Below are positions 25,701 to 32,000 of a stretch of 32,000 bases of DNA, one piece after another. The notes below the pieces were generated by a model that searched no databases, was not told the DNA's origin, and saw nothing but the letters and a program-made list of their open reading frames with translations. A program made the position numbers and the translations under genes. Where the stretch lies: NCBI GenBank assembly GCA_000025185.1, contig CP001848.1:1470001-1502000 (forward strand). The letters run 5' to 3'. The DNA comes from Pirellula staleyi DSM 6068. GTDB lineage: Bacteria; Planctomycetota; Planctomycetia; Pirellulales; Pirellulaceae. Every line of letters starts with the position of its first letter. The first letter of the stretch is position 1.

Positions 25701-27658
25701 GCGGAGAGATACTGGTGCAGTTCGCTCCCTTCGGAACTACGTTTCAGGGGGGCGTGCGTGTCGCTGCTGGCGATCTCACCGGCGACGGCATCGACGAAAT
25801 CATCGTAGCTTCCGGACCGAGCATCGCGGGGGAAGTGCGAGTCTACTCCCAGAGTGGCGACCTGCTGACCTCGTTTTTGCCCTATGGTTCGACCTACGTC
25901 GGGGGAGTTCAGATCGCTGTTGGCGATATCGATGGCGATGGACTGCTCGACATCATTACGGTTCCTAGCGCCGGGCGTGCCGAGGTCAAAGTCTTTCGAA
26001 ATGTGCTTGTAGTCGGGGCACCGACGTTCGATGCTGTCAATCCGTACCGAGATTTCCTTGCCTTCCCCGCATCGTTTATTGGTGGCGCGGTGGTGGCTGT
26101 CGCCGACATGGGAAGCACTCCGCTGGTGAATGGTCCTTTCGGCAACACGCTCGACCAGAAAGCAGAAATCGTCATCGGCAGCAGTGCCGGCATGCAGGCC
26201 ACGGTGAAGGTGTTCGACGTGAGTGGCATGGCAACGTCGACACCCAATACCGTTCCCGCACACGTTCGAAGCTTCACGCCGTTCACCACTTCCACCAGGA
26301 TCTACAAGGGTGGAGTCTCGCTCAGTGTCGCGAGAATCAATGCCGATCTTGTCCCCGATATCGTGGTGGGGGCTGGAGTCAACGGTGGTTCGCTGATCGA
26401 TGTTTGGGGCTGGAGCAACACTCCTTCCGCCACGCTCGCCAGCTTGTCGGCCAATGGACTTGGCTTTGCTGCGTTCACGGGAACCAGCCAAACCGCTGCG
26501 GTTCAGGTGGCCACCATGGATACCAACGGCGACGCGATCGCGGATGTTATCCTGGCTGCACAAGGGCCGAGCGGAATCACGGGGCAGATCAACGAGTTCG
26601 ACATCATCAGCACCGCGCCGCTGCAGGTTTCGCTCGCCACGGCTGTCCCTGGCACTTATCCCGGTCCTTCCTACATCGCGACCATTGTCAGTCCTATCCT
26701 GCCAGTGGAGGCAAACCTGGCTGCCAACATCCAAAGTAGCTCGGCCCCTCTCGAAGTGGTCCCCCCTGCGACCCGTTTCTATGTGGTCAACGACGACAGC
26801 GCGAATCGGACCTACGAATATGGAGAAAACGGCGAAGCCAATGAGAATTACACGCTCAGCAGTGCCAACACTACTCCCCGTGGAGCGGTCAGCACTGCGG
26901 CAGGTGACAAAGTTTGGGTGGTAGATGCCAATCGAAAAGTCTTCGTCTATGACGCCAGTGGCAACCTGCTTGGGAACTGGACGGCGGGCACACTGGCGAG
27001 CAACGCGACTGTGGAAGGGATCGCCACCAACGGCACCGATATTTGGATTGTCGATGCTCAAAGCGACAAGGTTTACAGGTACACAAATGCCGCCAGCCGA
27101 CTTTCCGGCAGCCAGAACTCGGCCAGCAGCTTCATGCTCAGCAGCGGGAACACAAGTCCCAAGGACATCGTCACCGACGGCGTGCACTTATGGGTGGTCA
27201 ACGATGCTGCCGAAGACAAGGTGTTTAAGTACACGATGTCTGGAACGCTTGTCGGAAGCTGGGCGATCACCGGTGGTGGTGGCGGGCCGACCGGCATCAC
27301 ACTCGACCCCGCAGCCCCTAGCCATTTGTGGATTGTCGATTCGAATGCCGACCGCGTTTATCAGTACGACAGCGCTACGGGGCGCACATCGGGTTCGCAA
27401 GCATCTTCGATCAGCTTCGCTTTGGAGGCTGGCAATACCAACCCCCAAGGGATCGCTGATCCACCGGTGAATTGGAACTCCTCTAACGACTCGACGAGCT
27501 ATGCTGCCAAACAGGCCGCCGTGCAAGATACGGCGCTGCTGGCCTTACTACTTGAAATGGACTGGACCATTTCCACCCGCCGTAGGTCTGCCGAACTCGA
27601 TTCGTCGGCAGATGCTTCACGAACTTCGCTGGCCGCATTGTTACCAGCGGGCTTCTAG
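22790..27658 (+). CDS. Giant secreted/surface protein (1622 aa): DUF3494 ice-binding-like domain + 6 SpaA/Cna-B-like repeats + FG-GAP/VCBS repeats + propeller-like repeats
   Basis: GGAG lies 7 nt upstream of ATG 22790. The N-terminus contains [16 protein letters not shown]. Residues ~48-250 ([41 protein letters not shown]...[15 protein letters not shown]) match the DUF3494/IBP fold family. Six 117-aa repeats follow ([24 protein letters not shown]...[15 protein letters not shown]). FG-GAP motifs are present ([27 protein letters not shown]). Four blades of the type W(V/I)VD....KV(F/Y).Y close the protein. Confidence 0.9.
   Translation: [1622 protein letters not shown]
23543..25648 (+). repeat. 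Six in-frame tandem repeats of 351 bp (117 aa) inside the giant gene
   Basis: Repeat starts at 23543, 23894, 24245, 24596, 24947 and 25298 are exactly 351 bp apart (codon ATH of the IAWE motif). Units 2-5 are near-identical at DNA level; units 2 and 4 share a ~200-nt stretch with a single difference by eye. Units 1 and 6 are more diverged. Confidence 0.95.
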
Positions 27659-28819
27659 GCCGACGTTGGCACCGTGCAGAAACAAGCTCCCGTTATCGTG
27701 CAAACGGGTACCCCCTTGGGCATCTGCGAAGTCAAAATCGAGCTGATTCGGGGCGAGTGCCACACCTTCTAGCCAAAGCAGGTTGTAGCCGGCTCGCAAA
27801 TTCCAGACGTCCGACAGTGCATAGATCGCAGAAAGGTTGGCGCCGCTTGCGAAAGCAACACCTCCACTGCGACTTGACACTGTCGGACGTAGCAGGAAAT
27901 TCGGGAAGTCAGTCACCGATTGGGACTGCTGCGCGTCGTTATAAAAAATGCCACCAAAGCCCATCGCTTCCCAGCCGAAACGACCCTGCGTGCGACGCAA
28001 CTTCGCCCCGAGCTGTCCACCGTAGAGGTTGTTGCTGGTCTGAAGGTTGTAGGAACCCTCTTCCACCCCACCGAGTTCGTCACGCTGGGCCAGGATGTCG
28101 AGTTGTTCGTTGAGGTTGAGATAGCGAAAGCCTGCAAACCACGAGAGTGATTGGCAACTGCTGTTGCTGCCGCAGTCACTACTACAGCTATCGCAGCTGC
28201 TGCAACTGTCGCAGCATCCGCAGCAGCAGAGCAGATTCGCGGCAAAGCTGTGGAGTGAAGAGGAGTAATCGACCTCCACGCGGTCGACGTCCACAAAAAC
28301 GTTTCCTACCAGGTTATCGGAAAAAATGAGGAACGACCCTGGTCCAGGCGAAACAACCACCGCCGATGCAGTTCCTGAGAAGAGCCCAAAATAGTCGAGT
28401 TCCAGGGTTCTGCCGTTGCACAGACGCCAGCCAAAGGTTGCCTGTAGCCCGGGATCGAAGTTGAAGTTGAGATCGGAAGTCGACAACAGAGTCGAACCGG
28501 TGGAGTCATCCACAACGATCGGCTGGCTCGCGATTTGAGGGACCCGCTGCAGGAACAGCGCATCGATTTGAAAATAGACGCATGGGCATGGGTCGCTGAA
28601 CGTGGGGCCGCCACAGTCGTCAAAACTGTCGGTGGTCGTCATCGTGGTCGACCCATCGAATTCGCCTTGGTCTGGCGAGGATGCGCTCAGGTCGTTGATG
28701 GAGTAGGTCGTGTTGCGTTCGACGGTTTCGGCAACTCGCACCTCTTGCGCTCGCCCCTCTGCTCCGTGCAAGGAAAGGATGACTAGCAAGATCCCGAAAG
28801 AGATGGTTATGGAATTCAT
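27641..28819 (-). CDS. BBP7-family outer-membrane beta-barrel protein with an internal Cys-rich tract (392 aa)
   Basis: The ORF track starts at TTG 28849. I prefer ATG 28819 (MNSITISFGILLVILSLHGAEG is a signal peptide; GGAG is upstream). It has alternating beta-strand-like segments, WFAGFRYLNLNEQL, and a C-terminal ...LHGANVGLEARW ending in an aromatic residue, as in OMP beta-signals. The family assignment is from my recollection of planctomycete BBP7/DUF1551. Confidence 0.7.
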   Translation of the reverse strand: MNSITISFGILLVILSLHGAEGRAQEVRVAETVERNTTYSINDLSASSPDQGEFDGSTTMTTTDSFDDCGGPTFSDPCPCVYFQIDALFLQRVPQIASQPIVVDDSTGSTLLSTSDLNFNFDPGLQATFGWRLCNGRTLELDYFGLFSGTASAVVVSPGPGSFLIFSDNLVGNVFVDVDRVEVDYSSSLHSFAANLLCCCGCCDSCSSCDSCSSDCGSNSSCQSLSWFAGFRYLNLNEQLDILAQRDELGGVEEGSYNLQTSNNLYGGQLGAKLRRTQGRFGWEAMGFGGIFYNDAQQSQSVTDFPNFLLRPTVSSRSGGVAFASGANLSAIYALSDVWNLRAGYNLLWLEGVALAPNQLDFDFADAQGGTRLHDNGSLFLHGANVGLEARW

Positions 28820-28911
28820 TCCGTTAAACTCCGTTTGGAAGGATTGCAAAGGATGGCTGCAATCATGGCTTGGTAGCTTGTGTTAGGGATCTCGATCCGC
28901 TGACGAGACTC

Positions 28912-29073
28912 TCAGTTTCCTAGTCGGGCGTGGAGGCAGGTCAATGCTTCCGCGAAGGAACCATATTTCAAGCGCGACTCCCACCAACAATCTCGCGCAG
29001 CTCGCGATAACAGAGCTCGCAGCCTGCACCAAACGACAGGTGAACCAATCTCCACGAACACGATTCTCATCGT
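28912..29073 (-). pseudogene. Possible truncated receiver-domain remnant (52 codons)
   Basis: Inside the listed 149-aa ORF, an internal ATG (29073) with GGAG 4 nt upstream gives MRIVFVEIGSPVVWCRLRALLSRAARDCWWESRLKYGSFAEALTCLHARLGN*. This resembles beta1-alpha1-beta2-alpha2 of a receiver domain and stops before the acceptor Asp. Support is weak. Confidence 0.2.
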
Positions 29074-29418
29074 GCTCCGTTCCCCCTGTTGCCGCTGTAC
29101 AAGGTGCAAACCACCCCCAGGAGCAGGTTCAGGCGTGATAGTGAGGAGCTTTTTGGTCTTCAGTACCTCATCGACATAATTTGCAGCATTGCAATGTCGC
29201 GAAGTGAACAATCCGATCCATCCGGGGTCATACGAGACGTGATCTCTAGCGGTATTTTCGTCGCGCTTTATGATTTTGAGGTTCTGGGTGATATGATTGC
29301 GACGATTGGGTGGGGATTCCCCGAAAAAATCTTGTTCGGTGGGTGAAAAGCATGGTACCATTGCCCGCCTAGATTGCGGTCAGTTACTGACCATCGCACT
29401 CTATGACTGCTGAAAATC

Positions 29419-29523
29419 AGTCGGGAGACTAAGTAAATAGCCGTTGGGCCTGCCGGGCGGCTAGTTAATAGTAGGCCGACGTGCCGAGAAGCCTACGGGC
29501 TGCGCGGCACGTCGGCTTTTTTT
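29419..29523 (+). ncRNA. Candidate structured RNA element, copy B (three helices, ends in an intrinsic terminator)
   Basis: P1 is AGUC-GGGA-GACU (29419-29430). P2 is UAGCCG (29438-29443) paired with CGGCUA (29458-29463). GUUAAUA follows as a linker. The terminator is a perfect 12-bp stem, GCCGACGUGCCG (29475-29486) with CGGCACGUCGGC (29505-29516), an 18-nt loop and a U7 tract (29517-29523). Confidence 0.5.
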
Positions 29524-29559
29524 GTTTCTTGTTGCTCGATGTTAACGGAGTCTCGACCA

Positions 29560-30180
29560 ATGCCAGCCCCCCTGAGTCGAGCGGTGAGCAGCAACCCCTC
29601 TGGGAGTCCTCGTTTCAGCAAGAGTCCCGAGCTACTCCAGGCAACAACCGATCTCTCCGAGCCCGCCGGTCTCGCTTGCTTAGCCGATGTTTTTGTGATG
29701 CTGTGCGATTGGCGAGGTCGTTCCACATGGACTAGCGGCAATGATTCCCTGGGGAAAGTGGGCGAACTTATCTGGGAGCATTTGGCACTCGACTCCCTGG
29801 AGCAGGCCAAGCATGCTTTAGGACAAGTAGTGGCTATTCGCGTTCCTCAGGTACTCGACGTGGTGCACAAGAATGGCGATCGTATCCGTGGTCGACTCTG
29901 GCCACTCGATTCTCCGGAAATTGCTGTCTGTCTTCTGGGGTCGCGAGTCCCTGGCAATTTACGGCAGCTTTCGCAGCGAGAGCGGGATGTCCTCGACTGG
30001 CTCGCCTATGGATTCGAACCGCGATCGATTGCCGAAAAACTTGATATTAGTATTAGCACGATCCACACGCATCTAAAACATGCCCGTGAAAAGCTGGCAC
30101 TTCCAACGCTCGAATCGCTCATCAGTTTTGCCGCCCGCTACTGCTATCCCATGAGCCTCCCTTTTGAGCAAAAGACTTAA
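29560..30180 (+). CDS. LuxR/GerE-family transcriptional regulator with an uncharacterised N-terminal sensor-like domain
   Basis: The ORF track starts at ATG 29539. ATG 29560 has ACGGAG 9 nt upstream, and either start is possible. The C-terminal HTH reads LSQRERDVLDWLAYGFEPRSIAEKLDISISTIHTHLKHAREKL. The N-terminal ~140 aa may be PAS-like but I cannot assign them confidently. Confidence 0.8.
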   Translation: MPAPLSRAVSSNPSGSPRFSKSPELLQATTDLSEPAGLACLADVFVMLCDWRGRSTWTSGNDSLGKVGELIWEHLALDSLEQAKHALGQVVAIRVPQVLDVVHKNGDRIRGRLWPLDSPEIAVCLLGSRVPGNLRQLSQRERDVLDWLAYGFEPRSIAEKLDISISTIHTHLKHAREKLALPTLESLISFAARYCYPMSLPFEQKT

Positions 30181-30559
30181 GGAGTGGTTTTGATGCAATA
30201 TTTAGAATAGTAGTATTAGAAGCATGGGGATATGAGACTTATAGTCACTACGATATGGGCAAGCGTTGAGGTCCAAGTTTGATGAGTACTCGATCTTCAA
30301 CGATTAAGTATCCAAACCCAAAATCGCAAGCGAGTTTCTCTTCTAGCGTCGATGGCCTGGTAGCCTCCTAAGAGATCTCATCGCACGTTGATAGTTTTTT
30401 GCTGCGATCCATCGCGCGCCTCTCGCTCGGCAGCGACTACATGTGTCTCCCAGAGAGTGCATCCAGGTAGGCTTCTCCCGGATCGTGTAGCCGCGTCTTC
30501 GCAGCGTCAGCCTCTCCTGAAAAGGGACGCACCTGTACCGCCAGTCGACCAGTGTCGCA

Positions 30560-30707
30560 TGCATCGTTTGCCCTTCGCCGAACGTTGCGAGTACATTGCA
30601 CTGGTCGGTCAGCGATCACTTGCGAATTCCCGGGACCTTGATCGGTGCTGGTCGAAACTGGCGAATGAACCCAGCGCGAGCGACTGCATCGTTTGTCGCC
30701 GAACGTT
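30560..30707 (+). repeat. Direct repeat TGCATCGTTTG(+/-CCCT)TCGCCGAACGTT, two copies 125 bp apart, upstream of the dehydrogenase-domain gene
   Basis: Copy 1 is 30560-30586 and carries a 4-nt CCCT insertion. Copy 2 is 30685-30707. The 23 shared nt are identical, and looser similarity continues a further ~10 nt. Copy 2 ends 22 nt before the proposed GTG start at 30729. Confidence 0.6.
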
Positions 30708-30728
30708 TTTGCGGTGGAGTGTCACCCT

Positions 30729-32000
30729 GTGCTACGAACAGTCGTTATCACGCTCATCGGCATCGTGTCAGTTGTTGGCGCGATGGTTGCCTCCGCCGTG
30801 GAGCCAACGAAGCTTCCCGTGGCTGTGCCCAGCGGGTTCCAGGTGAAGCGAGTTGCCTCGCAGCCGCTGGTCGAGCGCCCCATGTTCGCGGCGCTCGACC
30901 CCCAGGGTGGACTCTATGTCCTTGATTCCGGCGGCGCAAATGGGAGTGATCGCCGCGAGAATCCTGCGGATGTAGTGCGCTACTTGACCGATACCGACGG
31001 CGACGGCGTGTACGATAAAAGTGTGATCTTTGCGGACAAAATTGTCTTTGGTACCGGTTTAGTCTGCTACGACAAGGCGGTCTTCGTCACTTCACCTCCC
31101 AGTCTCTGGAAGTTCGAAGATACGACAGGGGATGGTATTGCCGACCAGCGGACCGAACTAGTCACTGGCTTTGCGTTTAATCAGAGTTGCACCGACGATC
31201 TGCACGGCGCTTGCTTAGGGCCGGATGGGCGGATTTATTTCCTGCCTGGGAGGTTTCATCACAAGGCCCAGGTGCCGGGTGGCCCTGTGATTCGTGAAGG
31301 GGTCGGCCCTTGGCTGATGCGCTGTCGACCCGATGGACGTGAGGCAGAGATTGTCAGCGGCGCTGTCGGCAATCCGGTGGAAGTGGCGTTCCTCCCCACT
31401 GGTGACGCGTTCATTCAAGGAACCTTTTGGGCCAAGCCGTCAGCCGCCGATGGACTGCGCGACGCACTCATTCACGCTGTTCCAGGAGGAGAATATTCGG
31501 TCCGTGATCGCGACTACTCCGATCGTGTCCGAACCGGGGACTTCCTTCCAGCACTGGTGCCACTAACGGCCACTGCACCAAGCGGTCTCACGGCCTACTG
31601 GAGCGACACTTGGGGCCCTGAGTATCGACATAACTTATTCACCTCGCACTTCAACACCGGCAGAATTCTGCGACATCGACTTTCCCCTCAAGGGGGAACG
31701 TTCACGAGTGTGACAGAAGACTTTGTCACCGCCGCTCAAGGGGATGTTCACTTTACCGATGTGCTTGAAGATGCAGATGGGAGCCTGCTGGTTGTCGACA
31801 CCGGAGGTTGGTACCTCGCTTGCTGTCCTGCTTCGGGAACCAGTAAGCCGGAAGTGAAAGGTGCGATTTACCGAGTCTCGCGCGAGGGAGCGCAGCGAGT
31901 GGCCGATCCGTATGGCAACGCGATTCCTTGGGAGCAGGCCACGGCTGCGGATCTAGCACAGCGACTCGGCGATCCCCGCTTTGCGGTGCGCGAGCGGTCG
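30729..32000 (+). CDS. PVC-type membrane-bound dehydrogenase-domain protein (N-terminal part; runs off the right window edge)
   Basis: Absent from the ORF track because there is no stop in the window. My manual translation is open from the stop at 30666-30668 to 32000. GTG 30729 (GGTGGAG 9 nt upstream) gives VLRTVVITLIGIVSVVGAMVASA as a signal/anchor. It continues GFQVKRVASQPLVERPMFAALDPQGGLYVLDS...DGRIYF...LLVVDTGGWYLACCPASG...GAIYRVSR, the pattern of the Planctomycetes/Verrucomicrobia putative membrane-bound dehydrogenase domain. The start codon is uncertain; GTG 30714 and ATG 30783 are alternatives. Confidence 0.75.
   Translation, partial: MLRTVVITLIGIVSVVGAMVASAVEPTKLPVAVPSGFQVKRVASQPLVERPMFAALDPQGGLYVLDSGGANGSDRRENPADVVRYLTDTDGDGVYDKSVIFADKIVFGTGLVCYDKAVFVTSPPSLWKFEDTTGDGIADQRTELVTGFAFNQSCTDDLHGACLGPDGRIYFLPGRFHHKAQVPGGPVIREGVGPWLMRCRPDGREAEIVSGAVGNPVEVAFLPTGDAFIQGTFWAKPSAADGLRDALIHAVPGGEYSVRDRDYSDRVRTGDFLPALVPLTATAPSGLTAYWSDTWGPEYRHNLFTSHFNTGRILRHRLSPQGGTFTSVTEDFVTAAQGDVHFTDVLEDADGSLLVVDTGGWYLACCPASGTSKPEVKGAIYRVSREGAQRVADPYGNAIPWEQATAADLAQRLGDPRFAVRERS

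Noticed and set aside
23186-27187. Very long minus-strand ORFs (459, 211 and 636 aa) and many 80-95-aa ORFs antisense to, or out of frame with, the giant gene
   Set aside because: They lie entirely inside the 1622-aa plus-strand gene, whose product has clear domain homology. Their translations are R/G/D/H-rich and repetitive only because they mirror the tandem repeats. This is a typical open-antisense-frame artefact of GC-rich coding DNA.
30388-30846. 152-aa plus ORF and 73-aa minus ORF (30343..30564) in the LuxR/dehydrogenase intergenic region
   Set aside because: The plus ORF overlaps the 5' end of the well-supported dehydrogenase-domain gene in another frame. Both products are R/C/S-rich with no motifs.

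Overview
GC-rich bacterial chromosomal window, most likely Planctomycetota (Pirellulales-like). That call is an inference from a BBP7-type outer-membrane barrel, a PVC-type membrane-bound-dehydrogenase domain, and a giant secreted protein with an N-terminal LEDRRMLAG motif. Content from left to right: (1) A minus-strand Tad/Flp pilus block: flp pilin with its own intrinsic terminator, cpaA prepilin peptidase, a long TadE-like pseudopilin, and a very large three-module CpaB-like protein that runs off the left edge and is missing from the ORF track. (2) A minus-strand two-component operon: a 1238-aa CheB-CheR-PAS-PAS-HisKA_3 kinase overlapping a NarL/LuxR-type response regulator, with a divergent single-domain receiver. 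(3) A plus-strand stretch: DUF2294, a 57-aa Pmp3/YqaE proteolipid (below the ORF-track cutoff), a receiver-like protein whose phospho-acceptor Asp is His, a helical hypothetical, a GH13/CBM48 glucan enzyme and a catalase-related haem protein. (4) A metal island: arsR-arsD-arsA, with no arsB/acr3/arsC in view, divergent from a P1B-4-type (SPC / HEGST) heavy-metal ATPase. (5) An AT-richer ~870-bp spacer with terminator-like hairpins, then a 1622-aa secreted giant (DUF3494 ice-binding-like domain, six 351-bp tandem SpaA/Cna-B-like repeats, FG-GAP repeats, propeller-like repeats) whose 3' end overlaps a convergent BBP7 barrel carrying a Cys-rich tract. (6) A LuxR-type regulator and the 5' part of a PVC-type dehydrogenase-domain protein that runs off the right edge and is also missing from the ORF track. 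The most unusual signal is non-coding. Two ~105-nt plus-strand copies (22500-22609 and 29419-29523) of a conserved element have three helices supported by compensatory base changes and end in an intrinsic terminator. One sits upstream of the giant adhesin gene and the other immediately upstream of the LuxR gene. I recognised no rRNA, tRNA, CRISPR array, transposase or integrase.
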